Source: Gammaproteobacteria bacterium | Lineage (GTDB): Bacteria; Pseudomonadota; Gammaproteobacteria; GCA-001735895 | Reading direction: 5' to 3' | Length of the DNA stretch: 64,000 nucleotides | NCBI GenBank assembly: GCA_050298595.1 | Contig: JBNKUM010000115.1 | Span: 64,001 to 128,000 of the forward strand | Shown here: positions 29,846 through 39,582 of the stretch, piece after piece | Layout of the letters: each line of letters starts with the position of its first letter | Position numbering within the stretch: position 1 is the stretch's first letter | Program-made: the position numbers and the translations under genes | Notes under the pieces: model-generated | The model's database searches: none | The model's input: only the letters and a program-made list of their open reading frames with translations | What the model was told of the DNA's origin: nothing

Positions 29846-30691
29846 TTAAGCTGACAACTCTTTTGATATTTTCAACGCCTGCTGATACAGGTCATTCTTC
29901 TTCAGGCCAGTGATTTCAACTGCCAGCTTGACCGCTTTTTTTAGTGGCATATCAGCCAGTAAAATCTTTAACAGTCGCCTGCTTTCAAGTGAATCTTGCT
30001 CCAGATTTGATTCAGGTTGAATCGACAAAAGCACCACAAATTCCCCCTTTTGTAACTCAGGAGATTGTTCTAGCTGAGCCAGACAGGATTGCGCTTTTCC
30101 ACGGATGAAATTTTCGTGACGCTTGGTTAGTTCTTTCGCCAATACCACATCTGCTGTCGGCATGATTTGACTTAACTGCTGCATTAGCCGAACGATTCGA
30201 TGCGTTGACTCCAGTAAAATCTGCGTACCTGGCAGCGCTTTGATCGACTCCAGTCGAGTAAGGCGCTCAGCATTTTTCTGAGAAAGAAAACCATGAAAAG
30301 TAAAATTATCGGTAGCAAGTCCAGATGCACATAAGGCTGTAATAATGCTACTGGCTCCAGGAATTGGACAAACCTGAAATCCCGCCTCGATCACGCCATT
30401 AACCAGCTTATAGCCCGGATCAGAAATCAGTGGAGTACCCGCATCAGAGATTAATCCGACCGACATTCCCTGTTGCAGATAACCCACAATCTGCGTCACA
30501 CGGTCATCCTCATTATGATCATGCAGTGAAAGCATCTTTTTCTTTAAACCAAGGTGGGATAGCAAATGCTGGCTATGTCGAGTATCTTCAGCCGCAATCA
30601 GGTCAACCCTGGATAAGGTGTCAATTGCCCGGCGGCTAATATCATCAAGATTACCGATGGGTGTTGCTATGATAAAAAGTACAGCTGACAT
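29846..30691 (-). CDS. rsmI: 16S rRNA Cm1402 2'-O-methyltransferase
   Basis: LFIIATPIGNLDDIS, AAEDTRHS, ISDAGTPLISDPG, KELTK, KGEFV. Start 30691 preferred. Confidence 0.97.
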   Translation of the reverse strand: MSAVLFIIATPIGNLDDISRRAIDTLSRVDLIAAEDTRHSQHLLSHLGLKKKMLSLHDHNEDDRVTQIVGYLQQGMSVGLISDAGTPLISDPGYKLVNGVIEAGFQVCPIPGASSIITALCASGLATDNFTFHGFLSQKNAERLTRLESIKALPGTQILLESTHRIVRLMQQLSQIMPTADVVLAKELTKRHENFIRGKAQSCLAQLEQSPELQKGEFVVLLSIQPESNLEQDSLESRRLLKILLADMPLKKAVKLAVEITGLKKNDLYQQALKISKELSA

Positions 30692-30767
30692 TAAATACCT
30701 GATACATGTAAACTTAGGGATTGTGAATTGTATCAGACTACGCGACATCAACCCCGAACAGGTCATC

Positions 30768-32657
30768 ATGCTAAGAAAACATTTCGACAGCTTGCTTAAA
30801 GGCGCATTTATAATTTTTACCTTTTCTTTACTGTTTGGCTGCCAGACAACCAGTATCAGTAAGCCTGTGTCTGCAGGTAAAACAACGGCTGAAGATATAC
30901 TGATTGCACGCCATTTCGAAGAAAATTTGCAATGGGATCATGCAGCAGAAATGTATCGATACATAGCAAATCAATCGCAACAACCTGATAAATCTGTATA
31001 TCTGCAAAAAACAGCTCTGATGTTATACAGGGCGGGCCGTAGCGATGAGATCGAAGCTTTTTACCAGGACTTGCCAGAGGGGGCGTTAGCTGAAACCGAA
31101 TTTCAGAAAAAGGAGATCATACTCGCTGGCAGTTATCTTAATCAGGGAAAGATTTACCAGGGGCTTGGGTACCTGCCAGATCTGGACACGATTAGCGATC
31201 CTGTCTATAAGGTACTGGCTCTTAACATTCGATCCAGCGGTGTATTGGCAGTAGGCAAACCGTTAGAAAGTGCACAATTACGGATCGAGATTAGTCAGTA
31301 TCTAAGCACTGAATTAGAACAACGACAGAATGATGAGGCCATTTGGGATGCAATCAATCGCATTAGTGAATCCAGCATCATCAAAAACCTTTCCAAAAAG
31401 CAAGCCACGGATCTGCGCGGATGGCTAGAACTTAACCTGATTGCTCGCCGCTCCAACATGATCCCGGCCAAGATAGAACCCTGGCTACAAAAATGGAGCG
31501 AACTTTATCCTGAACATCAGGCAAATTTGTATTTTGTTGAAAAGCTGCGCGCAGACAGCCGCATGATTTTTATCAAACCAACTCGTATCGCACTTATGCT
31601 TCCATTCGATGACAAGCTGCACAACGTATCAGAGGCGATTCAAAATGGTTTTCTTCACGCTTACTATAACGACCCCGAACAAAAGCCAATGCTGGAAATT
31701 ATTAATGTCAGCAGTAATCCGCAGGACTTTTACCTTCAATACAATCAGGCCATTCAAAATGGTGCTGATTTTATAGTGGGGCCTCTGGATAAAAAACTGG
31801 TGAATGAGCTGTTACTCAATAAAGAATTAAAAATACCAACTTTAACGTTGAACTATGCTGATGATGATAGCTATGGCGTCAATAACCTGTTTCAGTTTGG
31901 CCTGCGCCCCGAGGATGAAGCCGAGCAAATTGCCGACTACGCACTGGTAAATGCTCATTACTATGCCATTACTTTAACTCCAGATACTACTCTTGGGAAA
32001 CGTCTGGAAAGCGCATTCACCAAACGCTTCGAAGCTCTGGGTGGGCAGGTAGTCGATTCTGCAAGCTATCCAGCGGCCAACAATGATTACTCTTCAACCA
32101 TCAAGAATCTATTGAATATCAAAGATTCAGACAGCAGGCACGCCATACTGGATCGCGTATTGAATCAAACCAGTGAGTTTATTCCACGCAGACGGCAGGA
32201 TGTGGATATGATTTTTATTGCCGGAAATCCACGCCAGGCTAGACTGATAAAACCACAGCTGAAATTCCATCACGCCAAGGATCTGCAGGTATATGCTACT
32301 TCCAGTATTTCTTCCAGTATCCCGGCTCCCGATGCTGATCGTGATCTCGATGAGATCCAGTTTGTGGATACTCCCTGGGCGCTACAGTCTGAACAAAATC
32401 CAGATTTTGCAACCATAAGTAAACTGTGGCCAGCCCAGAGTCAGCGCTATGCAAAATTTATTGCTCTGGGTATAGATGCTTACAAAATAATCCCCGCATT
32501 ACGCAGACTAATGCTCAAGCAAATTCCCGCCCTGCCTCTTAATACCGGAAACATCACGCTTGATAATAAGGGTCGCATCCATAGAGAGCTGCTATTAGCA
32601 ACCTACAAAAATGGACGTGCAGAGGTCATTAAACAAAGCGTAAATACAGTCGAATAA
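30768..32657 (+). CDS. lpoA: Penicillin-binding protein activator LpoA (lipoprotein)
   Basis: Lipobox SLLFG-C, LRGWLEL, IALMLP, IVGPLDK, LTLNY, FGLRPEDEA, RRRQDVDMIF; divergent from rsmI and followed by yraN. Confidence 0.9.
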   Translation: MLRKHFDSLLKGAFIIFTFSLLFGCQTTSISKPVSAGKTTAEDILIARHFEENLQWDHAAEMYRYIANQSQQPDKSVYLQKTALMLYRAGRSDEIEAFYQDLPEGALAETEFQKKEIILAGSYLNQGKIYQGLGYLPDLDTISDPVYKVLALNIRSSGVLAVGKPLESAQLRIEISQYLSTELEQRQNDEAIWDAINRISESSIIKNLSKKQATDLRGWLELNLIARRSNMIPAKIEPWLQKWSELYPEHQANLYFVEKLRADSRMIFIKPTRIALMLPFDDKLHNVSEAIQNGFLHAYYNDPEQKPMLEIINVSSNPQDFYLQYNQAIQNGADFIVGPLDKKLVNELLLNKELKIPTLTLNYADDDSYGVNNLFQFGLRPEDEAEQIADYALVNAHYYAITLTPDTTLGKRLESAFTKRFEALGGQVVDSASYPAANNDYSSTIKNLLNIKDSDSRHAILDRVLNQTSEFIPRRRQDVDMIFIAGNPRQARLIKPQLKFHHAKDLQVYATSSISSSIPAPDADRDLDEIQFVDTPWALQSEQNPDFATISKLWPAQSQRYAKFIALGIDAYKIIPALRRLMLKQIPALPLNTGNITLDNKGRIHRELLLATYKNGRAEVIKQSVNTVE

Positions 32658-32660
32658 TCA

Positions 32661-33035
32661 ATGTTTGCTAAAAGCAAGGGAGTGTTTTACGAACTACAGG
32701 CAGAGGAGTATTTAATTCAGCAGGGTCTTACCTCGCTGGAAAAAAATTATCACTGTAGGTATGGTGAAATCGATTTAATCATGCTGGATGAAGGATACCT
32801 GTGCTTTATCGAAGTCAAGTTTCGCAAGAACGATGCCTTTGGCGGCACAGCCTATAGTATCCCCGCTACCAAGCAACGAAAAATCATTCAAACCGCACTA
32901 CATTTTATTTCTCGAAAAAAGCAATACCAGCAACACCCCTATCGCTTCGATGCGCTCTTTATCCAACAGGCTGATCAGCTAAAATCGACACAGATTGAAT
33001 GGATTCAAAGCGCGTTTGAAACTAGCGGATATTAA
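32661..33035 (+). CDS. yraN: YraN family (UPF0102) putative nuclease
   Basis: NYHCRYGEIDLIM, FIEVKFR, KQRKIIQTA, RFD, WIQSAF. Confidence 0.92.
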   Translation: MFAKSKGVFYELQAEEYLIQQGLTSLEKNYHCRYGEIDLIMLDEGYLCFIEVKFRKNDAFGGTAYSIPATKQRKIIQTALHFISRKKQYQQHPYRFDALFIQQADQLKSTQIEWIQSAFETSGY

Positions 33036-33049
33036 CAACCAGATTAGAT

Positions 33050-33454
33050 TTATTTTACAATCTTTAGTCCAGGCTTTGATTTATCGCTCTTCTTAGCTGG
33101 CTTATCCTTATCCACTTTAGCTTCGGATTCATTATCAGCGGCAGGCTCCGAATCAGCAAACATCATTCCTTCACCATCTTCCATGCTGTAAATAGCCATC
33201 ACAGCCTGAATAGGAATATAAAGGTTTTGTGACACCCCTGAGAAACGTGTGGAAAATGCAATATAGGCATTATCGATCTCAAGGCCCTGCACCGCTCGAT
33301 GAGCGATATTCAATACCACCTTACCGTCTTTAGCGATACCAGAGGGGATCTCCACACCTGGTTGGGTAGTATCGACCATAATATAAGGGGTAGCATTATT
33401 ATCTTCCAGCCACTCATACAGGGCTCGGATGAGATAAGGTTTATTCGGGGTCAT
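33050..33454 (-). CDS. sspB: ClpXP specificity-enhancing factor SspB
   Basis: MTPNKPYLIRALYEWLEDN..TPY, VLNI, FSTRFSG, C-terminal ClpX-binding KPGLKIVK. Confidence 0.95.
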   Translation of the reverse strand: MTPNKPYLIRALYEWLEDNNATPYIMVDTTQPGVEIPSGIAKDGKVVLNIAHRAVQGLEIDNAYIAFSTRFSGVSQNLYIPIQAVMAIYSMEDGEGMMFADSEPAADNESEAKVDKDKPAKKSDKSKPGLKIVK

Positions 33455-33464
33455 ATCATCTCTC

Positions 33465-33505
33465 AATAAAAAAGGCCGCTATCGGTAAATATGATAGCGG
33501 CCTTT
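33465..33505 (-). terminator. Intrinsic terminator between sspA and sspB
   Basis: 13-bp stem AAAGGCCGCTATC/GATAGCGGCCTTT running into TTTTTTATT on the minus strand. Confidence 0.7.
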
Positions 33506-33537
33506 AGTGTTAACGGCCAGATTAAAACGAAACCGTT

Positions 33538-34164
33538 TTAATCCACCATGTCACGTTCCTGCTCACTCAAACTCTTCTGGAAAGAAGGTCTGGAAAATAC
33601 CCGTTTCATGTAATCATGAATTGGCTTGGTCGAAGCCGGCAACTCAATACCATAATAAGGTAATCGCCAGAGTATAGGAGCAATACTGCAATCCAGTAAA
33701 CTGAACTCTTCAGACAGGAAATATGGCATGGCACTAAACACTTCCACAGAATTGACCAGACTTTCAGTCAATGCCTTTTTCGCCTGAGCTTTTTTCTTAT
33801 CAGTTCCATGTTCGATATCGGGCAACAGGCTATACCAGTCACTTTCAATTCGAAACAGGCCGAGTCGACTTTTTGCTCTGGAAACCGGATCTACCGGCAT
33901 CAAAGGCGGATGCGGAAAACGTTCATCAAGATACTCAATCAAAACCCGAGCATCATACAAAACCAGGTCCCGATCTACCATGGTTGGCACCGTGGCATAG
34001 GGATTTAGTTCGAGCAGATCTTCAGGAAGATTGTCCATATCAACATCGTAGATTTCGACGGTGATATCCTTTTCTGCCAGAACGATACGGCTACGATGAC
34101 ATTGTGGGTCAATCGGAGATGAAAAACAGGTCATCACCGAACGACGATTAGCTACAGCTGACAT
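33538..34164 (-). CDS. sspA: Stringent starvation protein A
   Basis: ANRRSVMT, HRSRIVLAEK, LNPYATVPTMVDRDLVLY, EYLDERFPHPPLMPVDPV. Confidence 0.97.
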   Translation of the reverse strand: MSAVANRRSVMTCFSSPIDPQCHRSRIVLAEKDITVEIYDVDMDNLPEDLLELNPYATVPTMVDRDLVLYDARVLIEYLDERFPHPPLMPVDPVSRAKSRLGLFRIESDWYSLLPDIEHGTDKKKAQAKKALTESLVNSVEVFSAMPYFLSEEFSLLDCSIAPILWRLPYYGIELPASTKPIHDYMKRVFSRPSFQKSLSEQERDMVD

Positions 34165-34190
34165 ATAGTTATGTACTCAGGTTAAGTGTT

Positions 34191-34955
34191 TTAGTGTACG
34201 TCTTTCCAGTATTCCTTCTTCAGCAGATACGACAGTATCAACAATACAAAGAGGAATATCAGGACGCCCGTACCTACATTTTGGCGCTTCTGTTTGTAAG
34301 GCTCGGCCAGGTAATCAAGGAAAGCAACCAGGTCTCTTACTGTCTGGTCATACTCTTCAGGAGTCATTGAACCGGGAGTAACCTGCTCAAAACCGACCAT
34401 GACTTGATGCTTGCCACCTTGACCATCATCCTGCTCTTCAATGATAGCCTTTTTCAGGCCTTCCAGTTCGGATAATACATGAGGCATAGCGACTAACGGA
34501 AAAACACCATTATTGACGCCAAAAGGACGAGTCTCATCGATATAAAAACCACGCAGGTAATTATACAGCCAGTGAGTCCCGCGCGAGCGGGCAACCAGTG
34601 ATAGGTCTGGTGGAGCAACACCAAAAGCAGCTTCGGCATACTCCTTGCTGATAGTAGTTTTCATCAACTCGCCAACCTTGGTTTTTTCGCCGTACTTGTC
34701 AGTGGTGAAAATCAGGTTTTCAGACACTAGCTCATCAGAAATCCCCAAATCCTGTCCTACACGATTATATCGAGAATAACTCGCAGAATGACAGCTCAGG
34801 CAGTAATTTGAAAATGTAGCTGCACCACGTTGCATTGCGGCTTTATCATTCCAGTCGATAGAAATATCATCATTTGGAAAGATTACCTCACCACCAGCTG
34901 CCAGACTCAGAACAGGAAATAACAATCCTGCAACAAGAATTAAAGACTTCTTCAT
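34191..34955 (-). CDS. petC: Cytochrome c1 of the bc1 complex
   Basis: Signal peptide, QRGA..F.NYCLSCH, PPDLSL, MPHVL, C-terminal TM and LKKEYWKDVH. Confidence 0.96.
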   Translation of the reverse strand: MKKSLILVAGLLFPVLSLAAGGEVIFPNDDISIDWNDKAAMQRGAATFSNYCLSCHSASYSRYNRVGQDLGISDELVSENLIFTTDKYGEKTKVGELMKTTISKEYAEAAFGVAPPDLSLVARSRGTHWLYNYLRGFYIDETRPFGVNNGVFPLVAMPHVLSELEGLKKAIIEEQDDGQGGKHQVMVGFEQVTPGSMTPEEYDQTVRDLVAFLDYLAEPYKQKRQNVGTGVLIFLFVLLILSYLLKKEYWKDVH

Positions 34956-36172
34956 GATGTAACCCTCGCTGGAACTGGCTTGGTTTTTTCATTTTTACTG
35001 ATAAACCACAGGCCAATAAAATATCCAAAATATCCTAATGTAAATAAACGAGCAAACCAGGTACGTTCTGTGGTCGCAGGCAATGCGCCCAGATAACCAA
35101 GACCAATAAAACTAATAACAAATATCACCAGCAACACCTTGAATGCACTAGAACGATAGCGTATTGAATGTACCTTACCTCTATCCATCCAGGGCAGCAG
35201 GAACAGGAAAATAATGGCACCAAACATACCAATAACACCCATCAGCTTATCAGGTACCGCACGTAGAATGGCGTAAAAAGGAGTGAAGTACCATACAGGT
35301 GCTATATGCGCTGGAGTCTTGAACGGGTTGGCTGGAATAAAATTAGCTGCTTCAAGGAAATAGCCATTCATCTCAGGCATGAAAAACACTACAACACTAA
35401 ACAGCATCAGGAATACCACAACACCGACAATATCTTTCACCGTGTAGTAAGGGTGAAAAGGGATACCATCCAGAGGAATACCATTCTCATCCTTGTTCTT
35501 TTTAATTTCGACACCATCAGGATTATTTGAGCCAACTTCATGCAGTGCAAGAATATGCATTACAACTAACATTAATAGAACGATAGGCACCGCGATAACA
35601 TGCAATGCAAAGAAACGGTTCAGAGTCGCATCGGAGATAACAAAGTCACCACGAATCCACAGTGTCAGGTCATCACCAATGACAGGGATAGCACTAAACA
35701 GTGAAATAATAACCTGAGCACCCCAGTAAGACATCTGACCCCATGGCAATAGATAACCCATAAAAGCTTCAGCCATCAGCGCCAGGAAGATAAACATTCC
35801 AAAGATCCAGATCAGCTCACGTGGTTTCTGGTAGGAACCGTACATCATGCCGCGGAACATATGCAGGTAAACCACAATAAAGAATGCAGAAGCGCCTGTG
35901 GAGTGCAGATAACGAATCAACCAGCCCCAGTCAACATCGCGCATGATGTATTCAACCGAAGCAAATGCCAGTTCGCCATCGGGTTTGTACTGCATAGTGA
36001 GAAAAATACCGGTGACTATCTGTAACACCAGCACCAGTAATGCTAAAGACCCAAAGAAATACCAGAAGTTAAAATTCTTTGGCGCATAATACTTGGACAG
36101 ATGGTCTTCCCACATTTTGGTAAGTGGAAAACGCGCATCTACCCAACCTAATAAATCTTTACCCATACTCAT
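34952..36172 (-). CDS. petB: Cytochrome b of the bc1 complex
   Basis: RYLHSTGAS, YLHMFRG, GYLLPWGQMSYWG, TLNRFFALH, Qo motif PVWY. Confidence 0.98.
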   Translation of the reverse strand: MSMGKDLLGWVDARFPLTKMWEDHLSKYYAPKNFNFWYFFGSLALLVLVLQIVTGIFLTMQYKPDGELAFASVEYIMRDVDWGWLIRYLHSTGASAFFIVVYLHMFRGMMYGSYQKPRELIWIFGMFIFLALMAEAFMGYLLPWGQMSYWGAQVIISLFSAIPVIGDDLTLWIRGDFVISDATLNRFFALHVIAVPIVLLMLVVMHILALHEVGSNNPDGVEIKKNKDENGIPLDGIPFHPYYTVKDIVGVVVFLMLFSVVVFFMPEMNGYFLEAANFIPANPFKTPAHIAPVWYFTPFYAILRAVPDKLMGVIGMFGAIIFLFLLPWMDRGKVHSIRYRSSAFKVLLVIFVISFIGLGYLGALPATTERTWFARLFTLGYFGYFIGLWFISKNEKTKPVPARVTS

Positions 36173-36173
36173 T

Positions 36174-36749
36174 TTATGCTTCTCCGTCTTCGCCGATTAA
36201 TACGACGGTTTCACTCACATAACGATGCTTTGGAATCACCAGATTGGTCGGTGCAGGAACACCCTGATGTACACGTGCAGCAAAGTCAAACTTGGAGCCA
36301 TGACAGGGGCAGAAAAAGCCACCCATCCAGTCAGCGGTGATTTCCGGACGAAAGGATGGCGAGCAACCCAGGTGAGTACAGATACCAATTACAACCAGAT
36401 ACTCAGGCTTGATTGAGCGATGCTCATTCTTACAGTAAGCAGGCTGTATACTTTCATCCGAATTTGGATCACGTAATACGTCAACCATCTTGGGAAGTGT
36501 TGCCAGGGCTTCTTCTCCACGGCGCACAATCCATACAGGCTTACCTTGCCACTTAACAATTATTTGCTGACCTATGTCCAGTTTACCTATGTCCGCCTCA
36601 ACCGGCGCACCGGCAGACTTGGCTTTGGCACTGGGATTCCAGGTCATGAGAAACGGGACAGCCGCAGCTACGACACCGGCACCACCAACAACACTGGTCG
36701 CAGCGGTGAGAAAGCGTCGACGGGATTTATCTATACCTTCAGATGACAT
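36174..36749 (-). CDS. petA: Rieske iron-sulfur subunit of the bc1 complex
   Basis: Tat motif SRRRFL, CTHLGC and CPCHGS; ATG 36749 has a purine-rich SD. Confidence 0.97.
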   Translation of the reverse strand: MSSEGIDKSRRRFLTAATSVVGGAGVVAAAVPFLMTWNPSAKAKSAGAPVEADIGKLDIGQQIIVKWQGKPVWIVRRGEEALATLPKMVDVLRDPNSDESIQPAYCKNEHRSIKPEYLVVIGICTHLGCSPSFRPEITADWMGGFFCPCHGSKFDFAARVHQGVPAPTNLVIPKHRYVSETVVLIGEDGEA

Positions 36750-36949
36750 CTGAATCTCTCTCCATCTTAAGAAATCGGACACAGACTGGCCTGTCTAACC
36801 TAAATTAAACTACACAATCTGCACAAAAAAACGGGCGCAAGAATATACTAATTTTCTTATTTCGTCGAGGCTTTAACCAAAATAAACCCCGCCAACAGGA
36901 GCTATATCAAGTGAACCCCTGGATTCAAAAAACGCCGGAAACAACCTCA

Positions 36950-37687
36950 TTAGACCGGATTATCAATATCAATAAAACTATGCTTAATAGAAAAACGTTC
37001 CGCTAAAAGATTTCCTAAGGCCTGAACGCCATAGCGCTCGGTAGCATGATGCCCGGCAGCGATATAATGTATCCCAGTCTCGCGTGCAAAATGTACGGTT
37101 GATTCTGAAATTTCACCAGAAATAAATAGATCAACCCCCTGCTTAACTGCCTGTTCTATATATGATTGTGCTGCTCCTGTGCACCAGGCAATACGTCGAA
37201 CAGGATGTTCACCTCCATGTATCAATAAGGGGTTACTATCGATAACCTCACCCAGATCTTCCAGTACCTGCTCAACCAAACAGCTGTCAGCCACCTCACC
37301 CAACCACAGCAACCCCTGCTGACCGGTCACCAGCCAACCCATACGTTTAGCCAATTGCGCATTATTGCCGACAGTAGGATGTGCATCTAAAGGCAGATGA
37401 TAGGCCAGTAAACTAATATCATGCTGAAACAGCTTACGGATACGATTTCCCTTAAATCCCACTAATGGTACAGCCTCCCCTTTCCAGAAATACCCATGAT
37501 GAACCAGCAGCGCATCAGCGCCCTGTTGAATAGCAGCATCAATTAATTCCAGACTGGCGGTTACGCCTGTTACCAGATGATTCAAATCGGCCCGCCCTTC
37601 GACCTGCAAACCATTCGGACAATAATCATCGAATTCATCGATAGAAAGATAGTCATCGCAAAAATGACACATCTCATCAAGTTGCAT
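36950..37687 (-). CDS. Nif3-like dinuclear metal center protein (YbgI/DUF34)
   Basis: DYCPNGLQVEG, VHHGYFWKGE, YHLPLDAHP, WCTGAAQ, AAGHHATERYG, IDNPV. Confidence 0.93.
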   Translation of the reverse strand: MQLDEMCHFCDDYLSIDEFDDYCPNGLQVEGRADLNHLVTGVTASLELIDAAIQQGADALLVHHGYFWKGEAVPLVGFKGNRIRKLFQHDISLLAYHLPLDAHPTVGNNAQLAKRMGWLVTGQQGLLWLGEVADSCLVEQVLEDLGEVIDSNPLLIHGGEHPVRRIAWCTGAAQSYIEQAVKQGVDLFISGEISESTVHFARETGIHYIAAGHHATERYGVQALGNLLAERFSIKHSFIDIDNPV

Positions 37688-37735
37688 TATTATCTCTACC
37701 TCCTTAATTTTGAGTAGCTATGATAAAGTAATTGG

Positions 37736-38908
37736 ATGAAAATTTTAAAACTATTCCTGTTTCTGTTTCAGTTCGCATTTATTGGGCTGATACTGGGTGC
37801 CGCTTACCTGATATGGCAATCTCCAGATGTACCGGCAACCATAAATAGCTGGTTACCTAACACATGGCAATCTAGCCCCGAAATTAAGACCGCAGCACCT
37901 TCCTTACCCGACCCTCAAGGACCATTCTCCTATGCTGAAGCAGTACAAACCTCTGCACCTTCAGTAGTCACTATCTATACCAGTAAAACGGTCAAGCAGA
38001 GTGTACACCCTTTACTCGACGATCCGGTGTTTGATCAGCTGTTTGGAGATCAATTAAAAAAATATAAACGTGATAAGACCTCAACCAACCTTGGCTCAGG
38101 CGTCATAGTTTCCAGCGACGGATATATTCTGACCAATCAACATGTAGTCGACGGTGCTGATGAAATTCTGATTTCACTATCCGATGGCCGTAGTAGTGAA
38201 GCCAGAGTCATTGGCGAGGACCGTGAAAGTGACATTGCTGTTTTGCATATTCCTCTGAATAATCTGAAAAACATCCAGGTTGCTAACGGCGACAACCCCA
38301 TTCGAGTGGGCGATGTAGCACTCGCAATCGGTAATCCTCTCAACGTGGGGCAGACTGTCACCATGGGTATTATCAGCGCCACCGGGCGTAACAGGGTAGG
38401 ATTGAATACTTTTGAAAACTTCATCCAGACCGATGCCGCCATCAACCCTGGGAATTCCGGCGGTGCACTGGTGAATGCGCATGGTGATCTGATCGGTATC
38501 AATAGCGCAATCTTCAGTCAGTCAGGTGGCTCACAGGGTATAGGTTTTGCCATACCCATTTCTCTGGCACTGGATGTCATGCAGCAAATCGTCAAATATG
38601 GTCACGTCAGCCGGGGCTGGCTGGGTGTTGAAGGCACAGATATTACCGCTCAGGCAGCGATTAACTCGGGCAATCCGAATATACGTGGGGTGCTAATAGT
38701 CGGTGTATTTATCGACAGCCCTGCCGACAAAGCAGGTATATTGACCGGAGATGTCATCACTGCGATTGATCACAAACCGGTCAGTAAGGTACGTAATGTG
38801 CTGGAGATCATAGCCGGACATAAACCTGGGGAAGAAGTTGTCATCGATATTCTGCGTGACGGCCAATCTTTATCATTACCGATGATGACAACCGAAAGAC
38901 CACAATAA
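37736..38908 (+). CDS. HtrA-family serine protease with one PDZ domain (DegS/AlgW-like)
   Basis: N-terminal TM, LGSGVI, TNQHVV, QTDAAINPGNSGGAL, GIGFAIP, one PDZ; divergent from nif3 as in many Gammaproteobacteria. Confidence 0.9.
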   Translation: MKILKLFLFLFQFAFIGLILGAAYLIWQSPDVPATINSWLPNTWQSSPEIKTAAPSLPDPQGPFSYAEAVQTSAPSVVTIYTSKTVKQSVHPLLDDPVFDQLFGDQLKKYKRDKTSTNLGSGVIVSSDGYILTNQHVVDGADEILISLSDGRSSEARVIGEDRESDIAVLHIPLNNLKNIQVANGDNPIRVGDVALAIGNPLNVGQTVTMGIISATGRNRVGLNTFENFIQTDAAINPGNSGGALVNAHGDLIGINSAIFSQSGGSQGIGFAIPISLALDVMQQIVKYGHVSRGWLGVEGTDITAQAAINSGNPNIRGVLIVGVFIDSPADKAGILTGDVITAIDHKPVSKVRNVLEIIAGHKPGEEVVIDILRDGQSLSLPMMTTERPQ

Positions 38909-38923
38909 AGCTGAGGAAATGAA

Positions 38924-38959
38924 AAGCGCTAGCCGAACTGAAATTCTCGGCTAGTGCTT
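38924..38959. terminator. Hairpin between convergent protease and glutaredoxin genes
   Basis: 13-bp stem AAGCGCTAGCCGA/TCGGCTAGTGCTT (one G-U); weak U-tract. Confidence 0.45.
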
Positions 38960-39430
38960 ATACAATTTTTCAAAGCCAGCCACTGAAAATCCATTCATCC
39001 GCTTATTGCCGACCAATATGAGAGGCAAACCATTGCTTCCTGATTTTCTATAGTCAATTTCACCTTTTTGTGATTTTTCAACATCATACTCGTCAAATGC
39101 AATCTTCTTTTTCTTAAAATAACGCCGCGCCTGTTTACAATAACCACACCAGGAAGCGCTATACATCACGACATCCTTTGAGGTTTCTTTGCTTTCAGTG
39201 ATTAAACCAGGGTCAAACTTAAACTTTGATTTATCCGAACCATTTGCAGGTGAGTAACTGGAAAAAGAATTGACCTGAACATTAATCTTTTCAACCTTTC
39301 CCTTTTCAGGGAGGCTGTTGGAAAAATGCACCGTACCCTTGCTATCTACCCATTTATAAATCTCTGCTGCTGCAGTATTAATGAGTCCGATCAGCAAAAC
39401 GATGATCATTAAGCGAAACATCATTGTCAT
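38951..39430 (-). CDS. Exported DUF4124 plus glutaredoxin-like (CGYC) protein
   Basis: Signal peptide, AEIYKWVDSKGTVHFSN (DUF4124-like), then VVMYSASWCGYCKQAR...EYDVEK...LPLILVG. Confidence 0.82.
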   Translation of the reverse strand: MTMMFRLMIIVLLIGLINTAAAEIYKWVDSKGTVHFSNSLPEKGKVEKINVQVNSFSSYSPANGSDKSKFKFDPGLITESKETSKDVVMYSASWCGYCKQARRYFKKKKIAFDEYDVEKSQKGEIDYRKSGSNGLPLILVGNKRMNGFSVAGFEKLYKH

Positions 39431-39582
39431 TACTCCCTACACCCTGGAATTATCGGTATAGTAAAAAGGTATAGCAATTTATACGCTAAATCACAACCTG
39501 ATTACCCAGATAAAAGAGTTAGACCTACCAAATTGAAGCCCAAAAAGTATTTTGTTTATGAATTTCTGGGTCTCCACTTATA

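Noticed and set aside
30618-30769. Apparent head-to-head overlap of rsmI and lpoA in the ORF track
   Set aside because: Artefact of longest-ORF starts; the likely starts are 30691 (rsmI) and 30768 (lpoA signal peptide), leaving a 76-nt gap.
32661-33050. No gmhA/diaA or dolP after yraN (likewise no bolA/ibaG before murA and no hisC after hisD)
   Set aside because: Minor synteny breaks that are frequent among Gammaproteobacteria and cannot be interpreted without the whole genome.
34952-36749. PVWY instead of PEWY in cytochrome b, and Phe in the Rieske GSKFD motif
   Set aside because: Both are known, common variants in beta/gammaproteobacterial bc1 complexes.
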